IMG/VR virus record: IMGVR_UViG_3300037424_000451
Coordinates: 1-45,044 of that record
Reading direction: 5' to 3' (one strand)
Source: a virus
Taxonomy: Duplodnaviria; Caudoviricetes
Length of the DNA: 45,044 nucleotides
Shown here: piece by piece, positions 35,706-44,740 of the stretch
Numbering within the stretch: the stretch's first letter is position 1
Layout of the letters: each line of letters starts with the position of its first letter
Notes under the pieces: model-generated
What the model was told of the DNA's origin: nothing
Seen by the model: only the letters and a program-made list of their open reading frames with translations
Databases searched by the model: none
Program-made: the position numbers and the translations under genes

Positions 35706-36689
35706 ATGAATTGGGACACCGGATGTGAAAACCTTTTCTTCCACCCAGACGGGCCTGAATTCTATCCGTCGCTGCACGTAGGCGGGTTTAAGAGCAGGTT
35801 CAATGTTGCCAATATTCCAGGAGACACACCCCTGCTGACGGATGGCGTATGGGTGGTCCCTCGTCAATTCAGAGTCTACCTCCCCCCTGGAACTATGACC
35901 GCGAACATGAATTTCTTCGCTCCAAGCGGCGCAAAGATCGGGGTTGCCCAGAGATTCAAGCAAACTCCACAGTTCAACTACTGCGGCGTGAACGCATTGA
36001 ATTTCCCCGTGATGCCGTGGTCTGGACATGGAGTGCTTGCCGACTTGGAGAAAAAAGATCGCCAGATCATGAACATGGGTGGCGGGTTTTTCTCATTGGT
36101 TCAGTTCTTCAAAACGCCAGGACTTTCGGTAGGCGGCTGGCTCTACATCAAGGTCCTGGACGTGGATGAGGCAAACGACCTATTCCAGTTCCAGTACGTC
36201 GTCCAGGTGTACCGAGGACCATATCTCGCCTGGTACAACAGCCCCCAGACTCAGTGGGACGCCCTGGGTGATCCGTTGCCACTCACGGGGGAAATCATTG
36301 TAGAGCCTGTGCAACCCGTGGCGGTGACGTTGAGCGGACCGGCAACCTCAGAGGTCGTAAAACCGGCAACGTACAGCGCTAAAGGAAGTGGCGGGACCGG
36401 GCAGTACGAATATCGGTTCTGGCTGAAAGGTGAGATCGGAGAATGGTATAGTGTTCAGGCGTATTCCAAGTCAAATACATGGACATGGACGCCCGTCAAG
36501 CCTGGTAAATTTCAGGTTGGCGTGTGGATTAGGACCCTGGGTGGCCAAACTCCAACTGACCAACATGAGGGTGCGATCGGGATTCCTACTGAGGTGAAAG
36601 GATCACTAACGAACAAGGTTTCCGTCAGCGTAAACGGGCAGCAGGTATTCTCTGGGACCCTGCCTTTTGTGATTGAGGTAAGACAATGA
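35706..36689 (+). CDS. Protein with C-terminal Ig-like (triple-tyrosine-type) domain
   Basis: GGTGQYEYRFW...QAYS.SNTWTWTP..PG.F.V.V motif; AAGGAG SD. Confidence 0.75.
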   Translation: MNWDTGCENLFFHPDGPEFYPSLHVGGFKSRFNVANIPGDTPLLTDGVWVVPRQFRVYLPPGTMTANMNFFAPSGAKIGVAQRFKQTPQFNYCGVNALNFPVMPWSGHGVLADLEKKDRQIMNMGGGFFSLVQFFKTPGLSVGGWLYIKVLDVDEANDLFQFQYVVQVYRGPYLAWYNSPQTQWDALGDPLPLTGEIIVEPVQPVAVTLSGPATSEVVKPATYSAKGSGGTGQYEYRFWLKGEIGEWYSVQAYSKSNTWTWTPVKPGKFQVGVWIRTLGGQTPTDQHEGAIGIPTEVKGSLTNKVSVSVNGQQVFSGTLPFVIEVRQ

Positions 36690-36751
36690 AACGATTCCCT
36701 TTCTTATGCATCCTGTTATTCCCATCCTTGACGATTACTGCGGAGTAAACC

Positions 36752-36946
36752 ATGAAAGACACCTTCCGACGCCCGATGGACTGGAACCATGGCTACGCTT
36801 TCATGAAGCATGGCCCGTCAGTCCATGCGAAGATAGAGGAAACCTTCTTCCCCGCTCAGGCCCGGATTGTGGTCAACGCGGCGATCCAGTTGTGCCAGAG
36901 GGCCGAACTGGAGAAAATACCAAAAGAGGTATGTGCAAATGCGTAA
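36752..36946 (+). CDS. Small hypothetical protein
   Basis: GGAG SD; 64 aa; overlaps next start. Confidence 0.55.
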   Translation: MKDTFRRPMDWNHGYAFMKHGPSVHAKIEETFFPAQARIVVNAAIQLCQRAELEKIPKEVCANA

Positions 36947-39900
36947 ACGATTCCTTCTTTCCTTTTTCCTCCTCGCCTTCCTCACCCTGCCCTGCGCGGC
37001 GTGGGGTACTACCTATCCTCTTACGATAGATAGCACTTCCGAAACGGTTGATGGGGACACGTTTTGCTCTGGTGTGTGTCAACCTGGAGACATTATTACT
37101 TTGCCCGTTGGAACGTACAATACATTCATCCTATTCAGAGATCTTGTTGGTACGGCACTCAATCCCATTATAGTCCGAAATGCTGACAATGGTTCTGATG
37201 GTGGTGGGACGATAATTGATAATGTGTTGTACAATACCAGCGACGCTGACAATCGTTATTATGGGGCAATCAAGATCTCAAACTGTCAGCATGTTATTTT
37301 CTCTGGTGACGGGGACGCGGACGTTACTTATGGAATCAAGTTGACTCGAAATGTCAGGCGTGGGCTTTGGATTGATAATGATGACGCCGGGACAGACCAT
37401 AACTCAGATCTTGAATTTCGATATTTCGAAATTTCGAACATCATTCTTTCCGATCAAATAGGCGGGGCGGCCATTCGTATTGGTGCGAAAAGAGATTACC
37501 CGATTGAGAATTTCAAAATTCATCATAACTACATTCACACCACTCTCGCAGAAGCCATGTATATCGGGAGTGCTCCCACTCCTGATTATCAAGACCCTGC
37601 TGATTGTGTAAAAGTGATCTCCACAATGGAGATTTACAATAACATCATCACGGATTCAGGCTTGGACGCCATAGACGTTAAGTGTGCGACCGGTGGTGTT
37701 GAGATATACGGAAACACCATCACCAACGCCGGATGCAAGGCGTCGGTATACACTGGTTTTGCAAGTCATGATGAAGGAATCATTACGGCAACAGGCACGG
37801 TATCAAACATACACGGGAATTTTATTGACAGTGCTCATGGAAGCGGAATCCGTGTTGAGAGCATGACAACTGGTGAAGATATCCAAATTGTCAACAACGT
37901 GGTCGTTGACGGTTATATTGGTATTCATGCTGTAACTCCCGTTCCTGCCAATGGTATTACAAATGCACTGATTGATTACAATACTGTAATAAGCCCGTCT
38001 GGATATACGATCATCGCAGATGCTTCTACGACTGGCCGTGTCTTGGGGAATTTAGTGGTCAATGATGATACGGCACAGGTTATTACTGCCGGTGGTACAA
38101 CGGCCACAGGCAACGTGACCAAGGCTACGGTTGCCGAATGTAATTTTGTCGATGGAGCGAACGACAATTACGATCTTACCGTGACATCTCCATTCATCAA
38201 CTCCGGCCCGGCTGGATACCCTGCCACGGACTATCTTGGACGGGCAAGGCCATCGGGGGGTGCTGCTGACCCTGGGGCCTATGAGTATATGTTTACGGAT
38301 ATTGGCCCTGATATTACATCGGTTTTGCCAGGAAACGCGAAACTCTACGCTGACGGCGGAGCTGGCTGGAATAATATCAGCGTATCATCGACCGTGACTG
38401 ATAATTTAGGTGGGGGGTTAACCTACCTCTGGACCTTTGGGATAGAGTATATCACTAACGGGACGATGGAAGCCCCGGTATCGAATGATCCTCCGACAGG
38501 GTGGACGGCCAACAATGCCACTCTCGATGACAGCGCGACGGCTCATGGTGGAGCACAATCCATAAAGGTCACAAACGGCGCGGGGGGCATGTCCGAAGCA
38601 TATCAGGCGATAACGACAATAGTAGATGCAAAATATCGAGTGTCGGGATGGGCGTATAAAGCAGCGGCAACAGGTGTTTCGTTGCGAGCATCGACCTCGA
38701 TAACGGATGGCGCTGTAATTGTTGGATATGACCTAGATCAATCGACGGATAACACATGGTTTAATTTGACGTTCGATTTTACAGCCACAGCAACGACCAC
38801 TTACGTCCAACTTGGTGTTTACGGGTCAGCCGATGACGGGACCGAATTTGCCTATTTTGACGACATCACGATGGACCAAATCAGCACCGTAGAAGACCCT
38901 AGCACAATAACATATCCAACCCCTGGGAGTTATCCATCTTCGCACACAGTCACTTATCTCGTGACTGATGCCGGTGATAATACAGACCAAGCCACATTCA
39001 CGGTTACGATAAATGAGACGAGCGCAGATGACTTCTCTGATATTTTGTTCTGGGTAAATTTCGATTCAGGGGCTTGGTCAACTCCAACCTACACGATAAG
39101 CTCCACTAAAGAAAAAAGCACTGACACAACTGGTGCAGGTAATGATAGCGTTGCAGTCAACGCCGACGCGGGGATAGTTGGGACAAACGGCCTAGACATC
39201 GCTGACAGCAATAAAAGATTATTGTTCAATGTAACGGATTTTCCAACCTCTGAGTTTAGGGTTGGGTTTTATTTCAGGTGGGGAACCTTCGCAACTACCG
39301 GAGGGCTTTTCCAAGCATATTTGGACGCAACGAACTATTTTTATATCAGAATGCTGGATGACCATCAGATTCATGCAGCAGTTTTGCCGAATGGCGCGAC
39401 CGCGTCACAGGTATATTCAGGAACTGATAGCGTTCTTACGCAAAATACCGCATATTTCGTGGAGGTTGCCTGCAAGGTTTCCACAAATCTACTTGCGATT
39501 TATGTCAACGGAAGTAATGTTTCGACCGGAAGGGTGGGAACCCTTGAAGCGTGGGACCCCGGAGCGCCTTATATAAATATTGGCGACTTCGTAGGCGCTG
39601 CGATGGACGCACACATGGATCAGGTCTTTATCTCCAATGACAGTACTAGGGATCTTTATGCTTTAAGGGCGCAAACAATCCTTCCCTCGTATGCCCGGAT
39701 AGGCTCAATCGGAAATGCAGATATAGACGGGACCTACGGGATTGGGTCAGGCCTATCGGTTCCTGTTTATTTCGTTGACGGTCTTGGCGTACCGAAAACT
39801 GTCACTTTAACAGATGACGGCGACACAAACCACGAAGCTATTATTACCACAGAAACAGGGGCCACGGACCTTGTATTGCTTCATACGTCTCCGGCTCTTG

Positions 39901-40784
39901 GAACGGCAGCCTCTACCCATTGGTTTTCAACGACCGCCACAGCAGGGCAGGCCATTGCATCCGGCATGACTTCAGCCGATCTCACAGTGACGGCTATCAG
40001 TGATGGGGACGATACTTTTGACGCCGATCTCACCCTACCGACCGGGGAGAATTTGTCTGACAATTCGGCTGTGGTGATCGCTGGAACGACAAACTCTATC
40101 ACGGCTTTTTATCTTTGCGATTGCTCAACAGGAGCGCAAATCACTGACAATACCGCTATCACTGGCGAAGACGAATTTTGCGCCCTGATGACATTCGCGG
40201 TGGACAGCTATTTTATAAACGGCCCAACGTCCAATTTGACCATACCGCTGTTACTGGACAACGGGACCCTCGTCATGACCCCACGGGATACCCAACCGGC
40301 AGGCATGGGGAACGGGACAAACGAATGGGTGTTCTCGGCAACGGCTTCGCCAGGGGACCGGAGCGCAAGCGAAGTGGTCGTAACCGCCGTTGGTGATTTT
40401 GCTCACGGGGCTACGGACATTGTTGATGGTATAGAGAATGCCCTTGCATCCTATGAGCTACCTAATGCGTGGCTCATAAATGCGAATTCACTAACGGTCA
40501 ATGTTCCATACACAGCGGATTCGCCCCTCACCATTACAGTCGGCGGAACGTATGAAATAGTGGGATCCTTTGATTCCCTGGCCCTTGAGGGCGACCACAT
40601 CTCAGTGGCAGACGGTACAACCGAGACAGGGGATGTGACGTTTACCGTCAGCGTCACCATCAACGTCACTGGCACATGGGACGCCTCAGCCGGGACCGTT
40701 ACGACGGTTGGTGGGACTGTGACGGGCGGTACGATTGAGTGCAAATCGTTTAGTGGCAAAGTGACAAGGAGCGTCGTAAAATGA
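36939..40784 (+). CDS. 1281-aa exported multidomain adhesin/fibre-like protein (beta-helix, choice-of-anchor-Q-like, PKD-like, CBM4/9-like, LamG-like)
   Basis: GAGG SD and signal MRKRFLLSFFLLAFLTLPCAAWG; I..N.I beta-helix repeats; NYDL...SP.IN.G..D..G.ARP..DPGAYEY; ITNGTME..GW. Confidence 0.8.
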   Translation: MRKRFLLSFFLLAFLTLPCAAWGTTYPLTIDSTSETVDGDTFCSGVCQPGDIITLPVGTYNTFILFRDLVGTALNPIIVRNADNGSDGGGTIIDNVLYNTSDADNRYYGAIKISNCQHVIFSGDGDADVTYGIKLTRNVRRGLWIDNDDAGTDHNSDLEFRYFEISNIILSDQIGGAAIRIGAKRDYPIENFKIHHNYIHTTLAEAMYIGSAPTPDYQDPADCVKVISTMEIYNNIITDSGLDAIDVKCATGGVEIYGNTITNAGCKASVYTGFASHDEGIITATGTVSNIHGNFIDSAHGSGIRVESMTTGEDIQIVNNVVVDGYIGIHAVTPVPANGITNALIDYNTVISPSGYTIIADASTTGRVLGNLVVNDDTAQVITAGGTTATGNVTKATVAECNFVDGANDNYDLTVTSPFINSGPAGYPATDYLGRARPSGGAADPGAYEYMFTDIGPDITSVLPGNAKLYADGGAGWNNISVSSTVTDNLGGGLTYLWTFGIEYITNGTMEAPVSNDPPTGWTANNATLDDSATAHGGAQSIKVTNGAGGMSEAYQAITTIVDAKYRVSGWAYKAAATGVSLRASTSITDGAVIVGYDLDQSTDNTWFNLTFDFTATATTTYVQLGVYGSADDGTEFAYFDDITMDQISTVEDPSTITYPTPGSYPSSHTVTYLVTDAGDNTDQATFTVTINETSADDFSDILFWVNFDSGAWSTPTYTISSTKEKSTDTTGAGNDSVAVNADAGIVGTNGLDIADSNKRLLFNVTDFPTSEFRVGFYFRWGTFATTGGLFQAYLDATNYFYIRMLDDHQIHAAVLPNGATASQVYSGTDSVLTQNTAYFVEVACKVSTNLLAIYVNGSNVSTGRVGTLEAWDPGAPYINIGDFVGAAMDAHMDQVFISNDSTRDLYALRAQTILPSYARIGSIGNADIDGTYGIGSGLSVPVYFVDGLGVPKTVTLTDDGDTNHEAIITTETGATDLVLLHTSPALGTAASTHWFSTTATAGQAIASGMTSADLTVTAISDGDDTFDADLTLPTGENLSDNSAVVIAGTTNSITAFYLCDCSTGAQITDNTAITGEDEFCALMTFAVDSYFINGPTSNLTIPLLLDNGTLVMTPRDTQPAGMGNGTNEWVFSATASPGDRSASEVVVTAVGDFAHGATDIVDGIENALASYELPNAWLINANSLTVNVPYTADSPLTITVGGTYEIVGSFDSLALEGDHISVADGTTETGDVTFTVSVTINVTGTWDASAGTVTTVGGTVTGGTIECKSFSGKVTRSVVK

Positions 40785-41293
40785 GAAAGAGACTTCTGAT
40801 TATCGGCATCATCTTCCTGGCCATAGCGGCCTGGGCGTCCACGGGGCTCACAGTGAATTGGGTGGGTGGAATCATAATCATCAACACACCTGCCGACATA
40901 AAGAAGCCAAGGGTAGCAATAGATGGGGATCACGCCAATGGGGGGCTTTTGCTGAGGAATTCATGGCATCTTATCAGCTTGTCCGGTAAGTCGGCCTTTT
41001 TGGTGATTGTGAGTGATGATGCTTTTGAGACAATTCTGAAACCTTATTTCACATCGGCTGCGGCGATTGCCAACGGGGATAAGGGGTACAAGGGGAGGGG
41101 ATGCTGGAAAGCCTTCTATGACGATTACCCCAACGTGGCCAAGAGAGTGTTGCTTTATCCTGTCACGCAGGGAGAAGAGACGGTCATGATGACGGTCAAA
41201 GCGGCGCAGGACCTAGGGGTTCCGATAGTCAAGAGTCTTGTCCGTGTTCCAGTCAAATTTAACGGGTCCGATGTTACCGGTACGGTGGAGTAA
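40781..41293 (+). CDS. Signal-peptide-bearing hypothetical protein
   Basis: MRKRLLIIGIIFLAIAAWA-S. Confidence 0.75.
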   Translation: MRKRLLIIGIIFLAIAAWASTGLTVNWVGGIIIINTPADIKKPRVAIDGDHANGGLLLRNSWHLISLSGKSAFLVIVSDDAFETILKPYFTSAAAIANGDKGYKGRGCWKAFYDDYPNVAKRVLLYPVTQGEETVMMTVKAAQDLGVPIVKSLVRVPVKFNGSDVTGTVE

Positions 41294-41308
41294 TATTTAA
41301 GGGAGGAG

Positions 41309-41506
41309 ATGGAAATGAAGAAAATAATATGTGCTTGTATGCTCTTGGCAATGACTCTTACTCCTGTTGCTTTTGCAAAAGAACCGACGCCATCACTTGA
41401 TGAAGCCATAGCTTCGGTTGATTTTATGTCGTGCAAGGAAGCAAAAGACGCCCTTAAAAAAACGCTTACGCTTCTTTATGAGATCAGAGCGGAGATGAAT
41501 AGATGA
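41309..41506 (+). CDS. Small exported protein
   Basis: MKKIICACMLLAMTLTPVAFA-K; GGGAGGAG SD. Confidence 0.7.
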   Translation: MEMKKIICACMLLAMTLTPVAFAKEPTPSLDEAIASVDFMSCKEAKDALKKTLTLLYEIRAEMNR

Positions 41507-43851
41507 AACGATTTTTTGCAACGATACTGGCCTACCTGCTTATCCTCCAGCCGTTCCTGGCATGGTCGGCTGATCCGGTCTATGAGTTGGAGTGTACCTC
41601 TACAGGATGCTCAGACACCGTTCAGTCGGTGGCCGTCTCAGCCGTCGTCGCAGGCACAAGCTACCCCACAGGTTCGGACGGACTTCCGCGCGCAGTCACG
41701 GCCAATACCGTCTTGACGGAATACCAAGATGGCAAATGGCGTATGAGGAACAACCCCCTTGCCGCCAACCTCTGCACCTACTCTGACGACCTCACCCAGG
41801 CGGTTTGGGCCAAGACTACCATGACGGCGGCCATGACCCAGACAGGCCCTAGGGGGACCGCCAACGAGTCAAGCCTTATCACCGCCACAGGTGCCAATGC
41901 CACCATCCTCTTCACGGCTACAAGTCCCAACGGAGCCCACACAGCCTCTTTCTATCTCAAGCGGGTCACGGGCACGGGGTCGGTAAGCGTCACAGCCAAC
42001 AACGGCTCGACCTGGACGGCCAAGACGATCACGAGTTCATGGGTGCGGTACACCGAGACCCAGACCACCACAAACCCGGTGATCGGGATCAAACTGGCTA
42101 CCTCCGGCGATCAGGTGGCCGTGGGTCTGTCACAGGTCCAGACCGGGAGTTTTGCGACCTTGCCGATTCCGACGAGTGGAGCAATAGGGATAAGCCCTCC
42201 GACGGAAGGGGCAGTAGACACCACGGATATTTTTAGCGTGGTGAATCTCACGGTTGACGCCATCAATTTCACAGACGGAGCGGCGGCTGCTGACTTTGCA
42301 GCAGTTAATTTGAACCAGTATGTCAAGACCGGAAACAAATATCGGGTTACCCTACTGGATGACGAAGGAGACGCGGCGGTCGCTTTCATCTATGCAGATG
42401 ACCCTACCAACGCCGGAGGCGCTCTGCTTGTTTCGGCTACCGGCGGGAGCACGCGAAATTGGGCATCCAAAGCGGCAGGATTCAACACCCTGGACACTGA
42501 ATTTACCTGCACCATCGAATACGTAGAAACGAATGGATATACGCAGCCTAACGCCAGCCTGTGGGGGGGAGACGGGTGGACGGCGGGGACAAACATGAAC
42601 ACGGCGGGGACCATGATAGTGGACTGGTGGCCGCTGAGTGCGCAGAGTACGTATCCGACAAATTATCCTGGGATTATTTCTCTTTATAATTCATCATCAA
42701 GCCTTTTATATTTTACATCAGGAATGGGATTAACTTCTTTCGACGGAACTGCTGGCAATTCTCATCAAATCGATTGGACCACCGCCGCTAACCATAAGAT
42801 CGGGCTTACTTGGTCAACCGTAACCGATTTGATCGAGCTTTACCAGGATGGCCCCAGGTCAACCGATCCCACACATGCCTATGACGGAGATACGAGCGGG
42901 TGGACCGTAGGCACCAACTTCGTTTTCTTCTTCGACAACCCCATGCCCACCTTGCTCTCCGGCCTGAAGTTCTACTCCGTCGCCGCCACCGAGGCCAAGG
43001 TATCCTCTTCCGCCGCTTCCGATGTTTTCACCTCATCGGTAATTGACGGCGTGACGGGGGCCGTCCCATCCATCAAGGGGCTCTCTATTGCCCACGCCAC
43101 ATGCGAGATTGACCGGGTAACGGCGGCGGCATTGCAGTATGACTTCTACTTCACGGAGTCATTGGCCACCAACTTCATCAACTCCATAGCCGTGGGCCAC
43201 GGGGACGCCGTAGGGATCTATGTGGCAACTGGCAAGGCGGTATCAGGAGATTACAATGCCTGGCCGAATCACGCCGCTACCCCTACTGCTCTCTATACAG
43301 ACGGGGGGCATTCGGTGTGGGGGAGTGACCCGCTGTTTACCGATGAGGCGGGGGGAGATTACTCCTTGACGGCGGGTTCCCCCATGATCGACGCGGGGAC
43401 CGGGAGTACGACCGACATCAACGCCGTTGACCCGGCCACAAATGGATATGCGGATACCGCCGTTTGCAGCACTCCGGCTGATGAAGGCACTGGCGTTGCG
43501 GTTCTTCCGACCCTTACGAGCGCTGCCTTTGCCTTAACTGGCGAGGTTGATATTGGGGCTTATGAGTTTGTGGCCGCTACTCACACGGCCAGTCAGTGGC
43601 AGATTGACGAGGATGGCGGGGGATTCGGTACACCTGTTTGGGATTCAACGGAAGATGCTGTGAACCTGGAATCAATCGCCGTGGCGACCCGTCTGTTAAA
43701 TAACACGGCCTACGACTGGCGAGTGAGGCACAAGACGGCGGCCGGATGGAGCGCCTGGAGCACGGCGTTTGATTTTACATCAGTCGCTTCATCTGCCGGT
43801 GGGAGTGGCAGAGGTTTAAGCCGTGGCGGTATGGGGATGCAGATGCACTAA
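41503..43851 (+). CDS. Exported fibre-like protein with head-spike/fibre module, LamG-like, choice-of-anchor-Q-like and FN3-like domains
   Basis: Signal MKRFFATILAYLLILQPFLAWS-A; NL..YS.D...W.K..SFYLKR..Q...GSFAT.PIPT module; YDWRVRH...WSAWS FN3 motif. Confidence 0.8.
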   Translation: MKRFFATILAYLLILQPFLAWSADPVYELECTSTGCSDTVQSVAVSAVVAGTSYPTGSDGLPRAVTANTVLTEYQDGKWRMRNNPLAANLCTYSDDLTQAVWAKTTMTAAMTQTGPRGTANESSLITATGANATILFTATSPNGAHTASFYLKRVTGTGSVSVTANNGSTWTAKTITSSWVRYTETQTTTNPVIGIKLATSGDQVAVGLSQVQTGSFATLPIPTSGAIGISPPTEGAVDTTDIFSVVNLTVDAINFTDGAAAADFAAVNLNQYVKTGNKYRVTLLDDEGDAAVAFIYADDPTNAGGALLVSATGGSTRNWASKAAGFNTLDTEFTCTIEYVETNGYTQPNASLWGGDGWTAGTNMNTAGTMIVDWWPLSAQSTYPTNYPGIISLYNSSSSLLYFTSGMGLTSFDGTAGNSHQIDWTTAANHKIGLTWSTVTDLIELYQDGPRSTDPTHAYDGDTSGWTVGTNFVFFFDNPMPTLLSGLKFYSVAATEAKVSSSAASDVFTSSVIDGVTGAVPSIKGLSIAHATCEIDRVTAAALQYDFYFTESLATNFINSIAVGHGDAVGIYVATGKAVSGDYNAWPNHAATPTALYTDGGHSVWGSDPLFTDEAGGDYSLTAGSPMIDAGTGSTTDINAVDPATNGYADTAVCSTPADEGTGVAVLPTLTSAAFALTGEVDIGAYEFVAATHTASQWQIDEDGGGFGTPVWDSTEDAVNLESIAVATRLLNNTAYDWRVRHKTAAGWSAWSTAFDFTSVASSAGGSGRGLSRGGMGMQMH

Positions 43852-43875
43852 AACCTTGAGCGCGGGAGACGGAAA

Positions 43876-44262
43876 GTGATTGAGACACCTATTATTCATT
43901 ATCTTATTGCGGCTGTGTCTGGAGCCTTTGGGGTCGGTGTGGCCTGGGGGTCCGTTAAGGTTTCTCTCACTAAGGACTTGGCTTCACTGCGCGAGGATAT
44001 AACAAAAATCCAGATTCGCCAGGCAAGGCTACGGGGTGAAGACGACGGCGGGGAACCGATGTTTGTTCCTTCCGCTCAATGCACTATGAAACGGAAGGCT
44101 TGCCACGATGAGGTAGACAAGACATCCGTGGAACTTGCAAGAAAAGCCGTTGTCAACGCAGAGCGAATCAAGCGGCTTGAGAATTACGCACGTTGGACCT
44201 TGCAGGACAAAGGGTTGAGGATAGACCAAATTAACAACATTTTAGATCCGATTGAGAGGTAG
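43876..44262 (+). CDS. Single-TM protein with coiled coil (holin-like candidate)
   Basis: Hydrophobic IIHYLIAAVSGAFGVGVAWG; upstream of lysozyme. Confidence 0.5.
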   Translation: MIETPIIHYLIAAVSGAFGVGVAWGSVKVSLTKDLASLREDITKIQIRQARLRGEDDGGEPMFVPSAQCTMKRKACHDEVDKTSVELARKAVVNAERIKRLENYARWTLQDKGLRIDQINNILDPIER

Positions 44263-44275
44263 CGAGGGTATATGG

Positions 44276-44482
44276 ATGAAGAATAAAACAACCGAAAGCG
44301 TCATATCCATCGGCCCTGCAATGAATCTCCTGAAAGAAGCCATGGAAGAGATAGAGAATAGGGTAGGCAAGGTCGAGACTTTTATCATCTGGTCCATGCA
44401 GGAGAAGGGGCTAAATCCGAAGCAAATCCACGACATCATGAACTTCGGGAAGATATTGGACGCTGACCTTGAAAAACAATAG
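44276..44482 (+). CDS. Small hypothetical protein
   Basis: GAGGG SD; flanked by 18-bp near-identical repeat. Confidence 0.55.
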   Translation: MKNKTTESVISIGPAMNLLKEAMEEIENRVGKVETFIIWSMQEKGLNPKQIHDIMNFGKILDADLEKQ

Positions 44483-44494
44483 GAGGGCATATGG

Positions 44495-44740
44495 ATGAAG
44501 CAGCGCCAAGAATGCCGAAATGCAACTCTGGTCGAAGTTGTGCATATCAGGCGCTCATGCCACAAAATTTTAGCTGCCCTTGGCCAGCAGGACCTCGCCC
44601 CTGTGACCCCTGCGATTCTCAATATCAACCATTCGTTGAACGAAATAGAGAGGATGATTGAGGGGTGCAGGCATGGAGAGTTTAAGGGACAGGATCAAAC
44701 GTCACGAAGGCTTGCGGTTGACTCCATACCAAGACAGTGA
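44495..44740 (+). CDS. Hypothetical protein (frame ambiguous; alternative 56-aa ORF from 44491)
   Basis: AGGAGG SD serves both ATGs. Confidence 0.35.
   Translation: MKQRQECRNATLVEVVHIRRSCHKILAALGQQDLAPVTPAILNINHSLNEIERMIEGCRHGEFKGQDQTSRRLAVDSIPRQ

Noticed and set aside
36867-36938. GTG start for the 1305-aa ORF
   Set aside because: ATG 36939 has an SD and yields a canonical N-terminal signal peptide
21652-43851. Diversity-generating retroelement acting on fibre genes
   Set aside because: No reverse transcriptase and no template/variable repeat pair differing at adenines seen in this window
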